A stretch of DNA of 64,000 bases from Eledone cirrhosa (lineage: Eukaryota): contig OZ024746.1 of the NCBI GenBank assembly GCA_964016885.1, positions 89,342,001 through 89,406,000 on the forward strand, given 5' to 3'. The notes beneath the pieces are model-generated. The model saw only the letters and a program-made list of their open reading frames with translations. It was not told the DNA's origin and did no database searches. A program made the position numbers and the translations under genes. Shown here in pieces: positions 26,130-39,374 of the stretch. Position 1 is the stretch's first letter; each line of letters opens with the position of its first letter.

Positions 26130-27240
26130 TAATGGGAAATTTAATCAAGATTATTCCTAAGTTGCATCTGCTAGATTTCATAGATTACATTAGAGATATT
26201 TTGTAGTAAATTTACTTGTATATATATATATATGCAAGTAGCTGAATACCTACTTATTTCTACATCTTTAAATACAATCTATCATAGGAATGTAGACACG
26301 AATCTTCTTATTGGCAATGAATAAATGTGTATTTATAACAAACATATGAATTTCAATTATACTCAATGAGGTTTTAACCGATATTCAATGTAAACTAAAA
26401 TATTTGAAAAAGGATGAGAAAAAGTATAGCATAGTAATGTAACATATAATTGGACTAATCGTCGAAGATATTAAATGAATTATTGCCAAGCAGAATATTG
26501 CCCTCTGGGATTTCCTTACATTGATAGACTTTTAGAACACAGTAAACTACTCTAATGCTAAGTGACGGTCGTATATCCCTTTGGAGTTACAGCAGGACAC
26601 CGAAAATTGCAAAAACTATTGCTTTATTAAACGCATCAAATTGAAGGAATAGGATTTCCAGCAGCTCGTCTGTATAATCAGTAATACATTCGGATGGGAA
26701 CCAAGAGATACATAGGTGGAGACTCGACAATGAATATTCTTTATTCTTCTATGTAATTCTGCTTATATTATGTACATCTAAATCTCATGTTTCGAAGGCT
26801 GGTGGGGCGCCACAGATGACCTTGCAAGCAGCTCCGTCCATTCTACTTCCCCCCCCCCTCATGGTTGCTTTAGTTCCACGGCAAATTAGCAAACCATACT
26901 CGAGGAAACGCGTTTCATCGGATAGGTCTGTATTTAAGAACTATAGAGAAGTGTTTGTCTAGGAGTGCCAAAAATGTCCTACCTACATTAGTTCTAACAC
27001 AGAGCGAGAGACAGTGGACAGAACCAGATTATTTTTTTATTTGTATCTTTCTTTCTAATTGTTCTCTGATTAGAAGTAGAATAAGATATTTTATCGGAGA
27101 ATCCGCTGTTGGCTAGAGCGGTGTTATAATAGAGTGACGCTCTGTCATAGATGGTCTTGTTAGATGAAAGATAAGAAATCCCAGTACTGATGGTTTTAAC
27201 GAAAGTTTAAAGATCGTATGTGGGTCACTTGTATCCTTGT
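26130..27240 (+). pseudogene. Endogenous Mononegavirales-like L polymerase fragment, blocks IV-V (PRNTase capping domain)
   Basis: In the canonical order: YIDRLLEHS..LSDGRI/FGVTAGH (~26517-26600), MGTKRYIGGDST (GxxT, 26694-26729), HTRGNAFHRIG (HR motif, 26895-26927), CPTYISSNTE. Confidence 0.72.
26772..26850 (-). mobile_element. RTE LINE 3' tail fragment inserted in the L relic
   Basis: The minus strand gives W.ELLARSSVAP followed by a tagatg-like tail. Confidence 0.5.
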
Positions 27241-27562
27241 GTATATGTTATTAGTTTCATTAAGTTAACTTATATACACTTAAATTCGCACAAACACATT
27301 GAGACTTTTCTCCAAACTTCATGAAAAATTAACTTTTATACGCGAGGGCTCTGGTATGGTTTACTAATTGGGTGTGGAACCAACTCTAAACTGTACTCGT
27401 CCTCTAGACTGTGTGCTCTATGTACTACGGATATAACCACTCGGTTTTTTACCACTACATACACGCAGAGACGCACACACGCGCACACGCACACCCACAC
27501 ATATATATACTAGTTGGCCCGTCAGGCTGGCGCCCGGCTACCATTGGCGTGTTCTGTGGCAT

Positions 27563-27614
<52 letters not shown>

Positions 27615-27631
27615 ATGCCACAGTACACACC

Positions 27632-27773
27632 AATATATATACATATATACACACACACAGATAACGAAGTCAATATACATAATGGTTTTCGTATTGCAGA
27701 CACACCATATATACATATATACACACACACAGATAACGAAGTCAATATACATAATGGTTTTCGTATTGCAGAC
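27632..27773 (+). repeat. Tandem duplication of a ~70 bp unit
   Basis: cagataacgaagtcaatatacataatggttttcgtattgcagaca occurs twice in tandem. Confidence 0.9.
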
Positions 27774-28910
27774 AGCCAGACATACAGACAGATATTTTAA
27801 GGGCGCGACGTTATAGCTATGTATCTATCTAAAAAGACAGATTAACAAAGAGAGAGATCGCTAACCGGAAGTGTTGACATTTGCAAATTTTAAAGAAGTG
27901 AATATTTAAATAAACAATAAAATATCTTTAATCTTTTAACCAAATATAGTAGACAAAAATACCCTCACTTTCTTACTTGGAAAAAGTTACATCTATGGCG
28001 CAAATTTGGTGCTGTTTAGTCCAGCCATTTGGCGAAAAGTCTGTTACTTACATACGGCGGTCAGTTTATAATATATATATATATATATATATATAGGCAC
28101 GCACGCGTCGATATATATGAGTAAAATTGAGTCGATGTAAACCACAGGGTGGATAGTAACCGCAATTGCAAATTGCAGCTATGAGAGATCTCTTGAGAAT
28201 TATGTTAAGGTTACATGTCTTATTGACACATTTCGTCATGTCGCAGGTTAATTCTACGGGCATAAACATGTATATGTGTGTATGGGTGTGTGTAGTAAAA
28301 ATGTGTGTGGATGGGAAAATTGAATTGAAACGTAAGGCGGCCCTGGATCTGGTGTAACCGATCTGATATATTAGTTATGTTCATACACAGAAAACGAGAG
28401 TACTACCTTAGGTTTCATTGTCCTGTTGTTGCCATATTCTTAGACCGTGCACGGTAGCGCAGGATACGTTGCGGAGCGACCAGAAAGGTGAGTCAGTGAT
28501 TTGATGATATTCAACCAGATAATGTAAAATATATATAAACGATTAAGAAACATTTCTGAAGCAGTAATTATCAAAAGATGAATATGAGGAACGAAGCAGA
28601 CAGACTAATATTCCTGGTGAGATTAAATCGATTGCTGATAACTACAATGGCTGACATTTAAATTGTATATCATATGTGAATACTTATGCATTGGTTTATG
28701 TATTATAGAAGTGTCTACCTAGAATGATACATTTATATGCATAACGCTCGACGGCTGAGCTCAGGCCGATTGTGGGATTTGTTGTCGAAACAATAAGTGC
28801 CCAGTTGTTGATCCTCACCTCGTTACAATATTTACACTGTATTATCCCAAATATCGAGTATTCTGCGGAATAATGCTCTTAATAGCTTACAGCCTCCCCC
28901 AGACACGCGT

Positions 28911-28943
<33 letters not shown>

Positions 28944-28971
28944 CGTATATATGTGCCAACGAATATGTATA

Positions 28972-29002
<31 letters not shown>

Positions 29003-29047
29003 GCGTGTCTCTGTGTCTTTGTATACATATACATATATATAAATATG

Positions 29048-29115
<68 letters not shown>

Positions 29116-29196
29116 TATCTCTGTGTCTTTGTATACATATACATATATATAAATATGCTCATATATATATATATATATATATGTGGGTGTATATTC

Positions 29197-29259
<63 letters not shown>

Positions 29260-29271
29260 AGAGAGAGATTC

Positions 29272-29311
<40 letters not shown>

Positions 29312-30041
29312 TTATATTATATATATATATAATATATATATACACACACACACATATGGTTGTGTCTGTGTATATATGGTCTTACAAACATATATGATAT
29401 ATATATACATATACATATACATGTATACGTATCTATGTATCTGTGCAAGTGTATTTCTAACGTAAATGTAAGTTTAATTGTACCAGCAGGCAATGAATCT
29501 CATGGCGAGACATTAACAAACCATTTTCTTTCAGATCGAAATGGCGCCTACATGACACAAAGAGTCATGTTGCAATCAATGTAAGCTGTAGTTTACGAAA
29601 GACATAAAAATAAACAAAAAAAAACAGAACGTAAATAAATATAACCCCAAGCATCTTAAAACTTAAAATATCCATCTGTAATCTCATCATCGGCGCCTCA
29701 TTTGAATGAGAGTTGATAATAGCCGTCACCATGTTCCAGACTCGTATTTCTTCTCAACTAAAAAAAAAAAAAAAGTGTGTGTTGGGGGTATTTGTTGGTG
29801 CGGGTTCTACATAGATAATCGATCGAGTGTGATCGTGCGAGCAAGCGTGGAAAATTAAGAATAATGTAATTGTAATTGAGAATTTATACACATAAAATCA
29901 TATATGTATATATCCATATAGACACACAGACGCACACGCACACGCGCGCGCACACACACACCTAACACATACACACACACCACACACACATACTCATACA
30001 CACACACACCACACACACACCACACACCACACCACACACTC

Positions 30042-30938
30042 TGGCACCTCGAGTGCCTACAGGCGATTACAGCCCTCTACCAAGCGGAAACGGCAATCAA
30101 CGGAGACTCCACTTCGGAGACTCCCATTCTATAGGGGATTAGTGGAGGATAACTGCGACGACGTTCTCGGGGAAACTCTAGGCATCGAGAAGGACGAACT
30201 GACCTGTCTGTTCGGGAGAACTTTCCGTCCAGGGCTTATGGATAACTTCCAGAGTTCTCTGGCCTGGAAGTGCTACCAAGGAGCTCTACCAGTTCGAGAC
30301 AAAATCTACAGACACGGACGCCCTGTCCAAGATGCAAGCAGGACATCGAAACCGTTCTACACGCAATTGTTCAGTGCCCAGGGGTGACCCACCTGTGGAT
30401 TATGTCGAATAGCTGCTGTCAGACGAGTCCATCGTGAGGATCACCCCGCCGCCTTCATTTAAGAACGAAGGAGAGGCGAAATAGGTAATATATGGTGGAC
30501 GAGGTTAAAAGGACTGAGGGTAAACACCTTTCTCTCCGGACAACAACTTATCCCCTTCGTTAAGTATCACTTCAGAAGGAAGGTGAGAGTGGAGAGAGAG
30601 GTGCTACACCCCAGTAAATCCGTTGAAAGGTGGGTGAATGTGGCGAAAAAGGCCCGAGTGAATGGGCCTTCTCTGTATATAAACCTGTAAGTTGAGGAAG
30701 ATAAACAGAGGGAAGACAGGAACAGCTACAAAACGTGTTCCTGGTTTTGAGGGTTGTTCTATCCACGGGATGTAAAACAACCCTGCAGTAACGTTCCCCT
30801 CTATTGGGGATTTCAATTGTTATTTTATTATATATAGTTAAGTGTTATTTATTAATGTTAAAGTTATTTTTATGTAAAACCCCCGCCGTCACGTCTTATA
30901 ATGTCCCATTTTTGTACGCCCCGGTGGCAAATAAAGAA
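30042..30938 (+). mobile_element. L1/Tx1-clade LINE 3' end (zf-RVT-like region and 3'UTR)
   Basis: NFQSSLAWKCYQGALPVRDKIYRHG, then CPRCKQDIETVLHAIVQCP. Ends at aaataaagaaag. Confidence 0.8.
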
Positions 30939-31136
30939 AGATATCTATCTACACATTTCTCTATGTATCTACATCTGTATGTATGTATCTATCTCTCTCT
31001 CTATATATGTGTGTGTGTCTTTGGAGAGATAATCGAAAAATGACACCGAGATTGTGTATATTGATGGGTTCTAGACATATAAGTATATATATGACTCTAA
31101 CCATTTACTGACGTTGTGAACACATACTTGTAAAAT

Positions 31137-31500
31137 AATTGTTTCTACTTTAGGAACAAGGCCAGCAATTACCCAGTGCATTACTGGTACTTTATTTTAT
31201 CGACCCCGTAAGGATGAAAGGCAAAGTCAACGTCGGCGGGATTTGAACTCAGATCGTAAAGGGAAGTAACTATGCTGGAAAGCATGGCGTCCGACCCTCT
31301 ACCGATACTGCCAATTAAAATAATTGTTTCTACTTTAGGCACAAGGCCAGCAACTACCCAGTGCCTCACTGGTTCTTTATTTTATCGACCCCGTAAGGAT
31401 GAAAGGCAAAGTCAACCTCGGCGGGATTTGAACGCAGATCGTAAAGGGACGTAACTATGCTAGAAAGCATGGCGTCCGACCCTCTACCGATAATACCAAT
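31137..31500 (-). mobile_element. Two tandem tRNA-derived SINE copies
   Basis: Copies at 31137-31316 and 31321-31500, with B box (reverse complement ggatttgaactc) and A box (ccgatactgcca). Confidence 0.9.
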
Positions 31501-31539
31501 CCAAATGAACGTTTATTAAGCGCGCGCATGTATATCTAT

Positions 31540-32022
31540 ATTAACTATAAGAAAGTCAGGAGTGCGGGACTGCGTACGGTTTATAATTTTTTTTATCTGA
31601 TTAGTAAAATAAGTTGGATTACTTAGAATAAATAATGAATGAATATTACAAAATGTATCTAATAAATTTCGTGCTGTTGATTAAATATATTTTATTTATT
31701 TAAATATTCACTTCTTTTAAATTTCTGAAATGTCAATACTTCCGGTTGGCGATCGCTTAAATAAACATACATATATTTCTGTCACTAATTTTCTCCTAAT
31801 GCAGTTTATATTAATATCGTCTTTTTAATGTATCATGGATTACGTTACTGATTAAATAAGACAGTGTAACGCAGTCTTCGTTCAATTTCTATGTATTTTA
31901 TATTGTCAATTACGATTTATTTGATGTATCATATCTACATGCATATATACTTGCGTATAATATCAATGTACACACCACACATGCTAGCCGAAAACCACCC
32001 GAGAGGGTGGTTTTTCTGCTAG
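31540..32022 (+). mobile_element. Non-autonomous Helitron-like element
   Basis: Starts ttaactataa and ends in the hairpin gaaaaccaccc-gaga-gggtggttttt followed by ctgCTAGt. Other copies lie at 37015-37487 (-), ~59560-60090 and ~15910-16120. Confidence 0.7.
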
Positions 32023-32949
32023 TATATATAACGTTGTATTCCTGTGTTTGTTTGTTTGTTCACGAATTACTTCTATGGTTTTGGAGATAGATCTGAAACT
32101 ACATTGCCCAGGGTACTTGGGTAAGTATATTTCATTTTAATCAAATAATGTTTACCAATTTTTCATGCATTACATTTTACATTGAGTAATATTGAAATGC
32201 AGTTTTTTTCCATAAATTAAATAAAAAAAAATGTAGACGTATGAGTGTGAATGCATAGATAGGTATGTGTTTGAATATGTGTGTGTTATTATGCGTTTAT
32301 TCTAGTATGTGTGGGTGCTTACCCTGAAGTGTGAGCAGACGTGAGAGGTACTGAACCCAGCATGACTCCATTAAAATGTGTCGGACGGAAAATGGTTGAT
32401 GAACCGTCTGGCAGCAAATACTGACCAGAACTTGTGATGATGTGGAGAAAAAACAGCCAATGTCATGACAAGAATGGATAGAGGTTTTTTAGGGTGTTGT
32501 TTTGATGACAACATCAGTAGAGTAGGTCATATGAAAAGGGGTCTTACATCTTATCATATATATATGTATATATACTTACGAATCTACATACATACATTCA
32601 TATGGGTTCTGCTCGGGAGGTTTTTGTGCTTGTCTGTGAGAATTATTTCTTTTTACACAAGTAAACTTTATATAAAATTAGAGACCTAATATGGGCGAAA
32701 TATTTGACGTAAATTCATTCAAAATTAACATGATTCTGATTACTTGGTTTTGTCATCAAACTGGCACTTCATCTCCCGGGAAATGCCATATATTCATTTA
32801 TTCATTTAAGGCTGTCTTGCATAGCTCACGCTTTCGTTTTAAAACTATTGATTGAGATTTAAGGACCATTATGAAATATAAGATGTTATGGATTTTTCAT
32901 TGTTTTGTAATCACGCTATTAAATCAGTAACAATTGTCATCACTGCCAT

Positions 32950-33620
32950 ATTGGAATTGATTAATTTATTTCATCATTTGTCACCAGTTATTTTGACTTC
33001 TATGATTCTCACTTCTTAAGTTTAGTGTACAAATTATTTTCGCAACTCCACATAATAGTTATAACGCAGTGGCTGATTCTGGTTTATATGTCATTATATC
33101 TACTATTTCTGAAGACGTGTGTCTGTCTCCCGGATCTGGTGGTGCGCTGTACCCATGATGAAGAGAGTGGAGACCGGTGTGTATGCGCGTCAGCTAGCTT
33201 TACATAAAAACAAAGCCAGAGATTGCGTCTCGGCGAAGAATTTTTGAATATATAATTTGTATTTTTTTAACGTTCGTGTTACTTCATAATCTCTGCTGGA
33301 ATCGTTTGTGGCAGTCTAATTATCATGTCCTTATTACTATCCTCCACAGAGCTATTTTTTCTGTGAATTGTTCCCTCTATGTACAGAAAAAAATTCTTTG
33401 CTCATTATGCTCTAAAGTCGTTGCTGTTAACTTGCCTTTATAGCCACAGAATAATAAAAACACTCATAAACATGACTGTTACTGTCAAATCATCGCTGGA
33501 AATCCCTTCCATGTCAACGTTATTGCAGCCACTAGAGGAAAATATATTATTTCAACAATGAGTAATTCTGGGAGAGTAAAATGCAGTTAAAAGAAACTGC
33601 TTTGTGAAGCAACTGCTACC
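32950..33620 (+). pseudogene. Endogenous viral L methyltransferase (block VI) fragment
   Basis: SLVYKLFSQL, then VCLSPGSGGAL (33117-33149; cf. the GxGSGG SAM-binding motif), SLLLSSTE and TVTVKSS, in the order expected for K-D-K-E. Confidence 0.5.
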
Positions 33621-33897
33621 CCGTTACACGCCTTTAAACAATAGCAATGTTAAAAATATATTACAGGAAAAATAAATTTCTTATGAAATTCTTCATGTTC
33701 AGCTATTGAATTAATGAATTTTTCAGGAAGCGAAAGCTTGAATAAAATATGAACTACTAACATCAACAAATTGAAAATAATTGTTTCTACTTTTGGCACA
33801 AGGCCAGCATGAAAATGACAAGAACGGGAATATAATTATGATGTTAATAATTTTTTTATTACTAAAATTGGCATATATATATATATATATAAATATA

Positions 33898-34173
<276 letters not shown>

Positions 34174-34504
34174 TTGCAGCATATTGTACATGGGTGGGGA
34201 GTAGATCCCATGTGGAGAAGGTGACAACAGATTTACATGAAAATGTGGTGAGAGGTAATGATAACTAGAAGCTAAGTGCCACAGAAGGATTAGATATAAT
34301 TGAGGTGGTTTACCTAAACAATATATTTAAGACAACCCACTTTATTACAGGTTGGAAACGTTAACATGGGCCAGCAATTTCTGCGTCGGAACTCCCATAA
34401 AATCTCCACAAATATGTGATAGATCACCGAAAAGACTACCACCGAATCGACACGCCAGCTTCAATAGATACCAATATCTCACTCGTAGAAATGAAGTGTG
34501 ACGG

Positions 34505-35150
34505 ACGGATGGACAAGGTCCCTCAAATTTATATACATGTGAATGGAGTTCTACTGAAGCAGGTAGAGAAGTTCAAGTATCTCTGGGCCGTGTTCATGAG
34601 TGATGGCATGCAGGACGCTGAATTAAGTGCAAGAATTACGAAAGCTGATGCAGTAATGCGCCAGCCTCAGCATTCAGCAATCATAAGAAGGGAGGTAGGT
34701 GTAAAAGCCAAACTCGCTGTCTTCATAGTATTCCTGCTAACTCTTACCGAGGATCATGAATCTTGGGTAATGACACAAAAGAATACAATTGTAAATAAAA
34801 GCGGCAGAAATGGAGTTATTCAGAAACGTCTTTGCAGTAACGTTACTCGATAAGGTGCATAGCTGAGAGACCAGAGAGTCACTCCTGGTAGAGCCGCTAC
34901 TTCTCCGATACTATGGGCATGTGGTTAGAATGTCTCAGTAAATAATCGCTGGACAGATTTGACAATGAAAACCAACCGGTAAGAGATCTAGAGCAAGAGA
35001 GTTGGATAACACCCATGGGCTTGGCTGGTCACGGTTTGGGATCCAGCTAGATTAGAGGTTAGAGATGTTTGCTTCTGACAGACTAGGTGGAAGGAGTGTT
35101 TGAGAAGGATTCTGCCCCCACGACCCTCCCAGAAATAAATGGGCGAAGAA
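34505..35150 (+). mobile_element. RTE/Expander-like LINE 3' fragment
   Basis: LKQVEKFKYL..FMSDG..ELSARITKADAVMR..KAKLAVF..ESWVMT and YYGHVVRM; ends in gaagaagaag. Confidence 0.85.
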
Positions 35151-35261
35151 GAAGATATTGTCAGTTTACTTTTCAATTTACATATATCTATAATACCAAT
35201 ATGCACTCTACATATACTAGCAGCAAACCGCACGAGGGGCGGTTTTTCTGCTAGTCATTAA

Positions 35262-35603
35262 TAGTTGTTTCTACTTTTGGCACAAGGCCAGCATTACTGG
35301 TACTTTATTTTATCGACCCGAAAAGATGAAGGGCAAATTTAACCTCGATGGATAAAAAAAAAACATGTGACAATACAAATGTACAACGACATTGGGAATT
35401 TTACATAACTAATCGTATAAATAAAAAAACACCTAACGATATAACCATAAGGGCGGCGATTTGGCAGTATCGGTAAAGGGTTGGACGTCATGCTTTCTAG
35501 CATAGTTACGTCTCGTCGAGGTTAACTTTGCCTTTCATCCTTACGGGGTCGATAAAATAAAATACCAGTAATGTGCTGGCCTTGTGCCAAAAGTAGAAAC
35601 AAT
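35262..35603. mobile_element. Two SINE copies in opposite orientation (35262-35352 -, 35451-35603 +)
   Basis: Main-family sequence; the plus copy starts gggcggcgatttggcagtatcgg. Confidence 0.85.
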
Positions 35604-36307
35604 ATAACCATAACTTTTGTTAGCGTCCCAGGAATTTCAGTTTTGCTGATCGCTTTTACATCTACATCTAGTGACATGAGGTCGATGAACAATTAATTTT
35701 ACTTACAGTGCAATCCTAGGGTATATGCCTTTTTGCTTACTACTCGGTGTATGGCGAGGATGGTCGATAAAGACGGAAGGAACAAATCGTTATCTTTCAT
35801 AGACGGTAGAGGGGTGTTTGTAGGCTCTATTAGAAGTGATTTTCTGCTTTTGCGCATGGCCCATGTCATTTGCAAACTTGTCCATTGTTAGAATATTGAC
35901 AGCAACGAGCTTATGTAAAAGATGGAAATGCGAAAGTGATCCTGTAACCCTAAATTTGTTTCTATGTACACACACCGAGTTATTTATTTACCCAGTTCCT
36001 TGCTGTTGTTTTTATGTCGGCAAGATCGAAATTTCTTATTAGCAAGTTTGTCTCCTGACTTAATTTTTACAATTTCTTAATTCTCTGGTGAAATTATGTG
36101 GCCATTGGGAATGTTTTCTCTTTGTAATAAACTTTGAAATGTAATTTAAATGATTTGTCTCTCGTTTGTTCTCTACATGTGACAAGAATTGCATTACATT
36201 TAAATGTTACACATATTTATAATTAGAATATTTTAGAAACAACAATAATAACATTATCTTTATTTATTCATTAGTTTGGTATATTGTTGAAAGTTTTATC
36301 ATTAATA

Positions 36308-36476
36308 AGAGGCAAAAATGTCGGAGTGGTGAAAGAAATTACTTGTAGAACATTATATGCTATGCTCAAATCCCGCCGAGGTTAACTTTGCCTTTCATCC
36401 TTACGGAGTCGATAAAATAAAGTACCAGTAATGCACTGGGATAATTGCTGGCCTTGTGCCAAAAGTAGAAACAATT
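36308..36476 (+). mobile_element. SINE (main family)
   Basis: ctcaaatcccgccgaggttaactttgcctttcatcc...aaagtagaaacaatt. Confidence 0.85.
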
Positions 36477-37014
36477 ATATGCTGTGTTCACATCCGGATG
36501 TTAGTTGTAATGAGTAACATAACAGTAATATATTTTAGTCATTCCATATTCTTGTTGTTGTCGTTGTCGCTGTCATCGTTCTTCTTCTTCTTTATTTTCC
36601 TCTTTTTCTTCCTCTTTTTCTTCTTCTCTTCCTCTTCTTTTCCTATTTGTTTGTTCTTTTTTCTTTCTCGTTTTCTTTTTCTTCTTCTGCTCCTCCTCCC
36701 CCTCCTCCTTCACTACCTCCTCCTTTTTCTCTTTCTGTCATGCTCGGCAAACATGTAAAAGGCTCTCTATCCAGTACCACCTAGGGCGGGTCCATATTAA
36801 TCATTAGTTGAATGTAGTTGACGTCTGATTGTTTCTCATCATTGTGACTTTCCTTTAATGATTAGTTGTTAATTTAACCTATTAAAATAATTTCAAGATT
36901 GTAAAAGTCTCCCACCGTGTTAAATAAACAGCAGCCAATTGCAGTAGTCAGGCGATTCTAAAGGGAAATATTCAGTCGGAGTTTTATATATCAGTCGTAT
37001 TTTGATTAGCATGA

Positions 37015-37487
37015 CTAGCAGAAAAACCACCCTTCGTATGGTTTTCTGCTAGCATGTGTAGTGTGAATATTGATATTATACGCAAGTTATATACATGTAG
37101 ATATGATACGTCAAATAAAATCGTAATTGACAATATACACAGAAATTGAAGAGAGACTGTGTGTGTTACACTGTCTTATGTAATCAGTAACGTAATCCAT
37201 GATACATTAAAAAAAGTGATATTACATAAACTGCATTAGAGAAAATTAGTGACTGAAAATTAATATGTTTATTTAAGCGATCGCCACCGGAAGTGTTGAG
37301 ATTTGAAAATTTTAAAGAAGTGAATCTTTAAATAAATAATAAACTATATTTAATGAACAGCCACGAAATTTAGTAGATCAATTATGTAATATTCATTCAT
37401 TATTTATTCAAAGTAATCCAACTTACTTTAATAATGGGATAACAAATTATAAACCGAACGCATTCCCGCGCTTCTTACTTTATTATA
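37015..37487 (-). mobile_element. Helitron-like non-autonomous element
   Basis: Diverged reverse complement of 31540-32022. Confidence 0.7.
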
Positions 37488-37588
37488 GTTTAGATCATCA
37501 AGTGTGTTATAAACCCCTGTCAGTCTTAGACATAATATATCCTTACCCCATGGAAACGCATTTGAAAACAAAAGAAATGCTTGAACTA

Positions 37589-37766
37589 TAATTGTTTCTA
37601 CTTTTAGGCACAAGGCCAGCAATTACCCAGTGCATTACTGGTACTTTATTTTATCGACCCCGTAAGGAAGAAAGGCAAAGTCAACCTCGGCGGGATTTGA
37701 ACTCAGATCGTAAAGGGACGTAACTATGCTGGAAAGCATGGCGTCCGACCCTCTACCGATACTGCC
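37589..37766 (-). mobile_element. SINE (main family), near full length
   Basis: Near-identical to the copies at 31.1-31.5 kb. Confidence 0.9.
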
Positions 37767-38949
37767 TACAATCGAATAAGTATAATATATATCATGCTTA
37801 TCTTTCATCACTCTATTGACATTGTTGTGGTTGTTTTTGTCACTGCTATTGCTACTGTTGTTGGGGTTTTCGTCGTTGAATGTTTGCTATTTTGAAGAAC
37901 AACTCTTATCATCAAATACCACTGAGATGTCGCTTTTGTAGATGTTGTTTGTTTCAGAAATATTCAAAGATTTCATAAATTACCCCGAAATATTTTATAA
38001 TTTAGTGAAATATATTTCTATTTTGGATATATTTGATATCTGGTATCTTCCACTTGTTCCTTCCTTTTTGTTCATAACAGGATTTTCATGCGCAGTATTG
38101 GAAGCACTATCAAGGCAGGAAGTTGATGGATCAATCAGTTGGAATATGCAGTCAACATAGTAATATTGAACACATCGTAAACCTATCTCCGACAGGTACA
38201 TGATAGGTTTGCTGCTGAATCCAAACCAGGCTGCGGAGACATTCCTGAGCTCAAGGAATCTTGCGCAGTGCATGGTGAGTGTATTTCCCCCAAAGCAGGT
38301 GTGAAATACTCAGAATCGCTTTCACGAGTGATGGAAGGTAGCAAGGTGAATTCAATGCAAATAATGCGCTAGCTTCATTGATTGGTCATTAGAGTAGGGA
38401 GGTAGGGGCAAAAGACAAACTCACAATCTTCAATTCGATAGATAATACAAGCGGCCGATATGGCATTCCGCGGAAGGGTATTTGGTACAATGTTACTCAA
38501 TAGTAGCCAAGAAAATAAGAGTCGCTCCAAGTGAAAAACTACGTTTGCCAATTGAGGGGTCACGGCCTCGATATTACGGACATGCAATCAGAAGGAAATT
38601 TAGATATGAAACAATTTGAATAAATGCGAAAAAGTATCTACTAAACTGTTTCACCCAGGCACGAAAACAAACGTTTGTGGGGCCGTCCTCATTGTGACTA
38701 AGAAAGATAGATTTGGACGTACATCTCCCGAGTATATATAATTATCCCGTAACCCACACCTCTGCGGTATATATATATATATATGTGTCCACGTATTGCC
38801 TGGAAACTTAGCTGAGAATAGACTTCCCGATTGACGAAAGGCTTCTCTGTACACTTCTTCGGAAAGTATGTTTATTCCCTTTCAGAAACTAATTAGTTGG
38901 GAGTGAAATTTTAGTAAGTAAGTTAATTTTATAGTTTTCTTATTTTACG

Positions 38950-39052
<103 letters not shown>

Positions 39053-39227
39053 TATACATATATATATATATATATACAACATTAAGTTAAGGTTGTCATG
39101 TCCGAGAGACATGCGCCATATCCACTGTAGAATATGCTCAAATTATTTCCTGTGATTGATTCCTGTGATTGTTTCATATGTTTATTTGATATATATATAT
39201 ATATATATGTCAATCAATTTCTAGTTG

Positions 39228-39275
<48 letters not shown>

Positions 39276-39328
39276 TTTATGAATTTATTTATATTGTTTA
39301 TATTGGCAACATGACCCTCCCAAAGTAT

Positions 39329-39374
<46 letters not shown>

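Noticed and set aside
31137-31500. tRNA genes suggested by A/B boxes
   Set aside because: No cloverleaf is evident; the boxes belong to multi-copy SINE heads.
36456-36758. Hydrophobic 100 aa ORF
   Set aside because: It is a SINE tail plus a CT-rich low-complexity tract.
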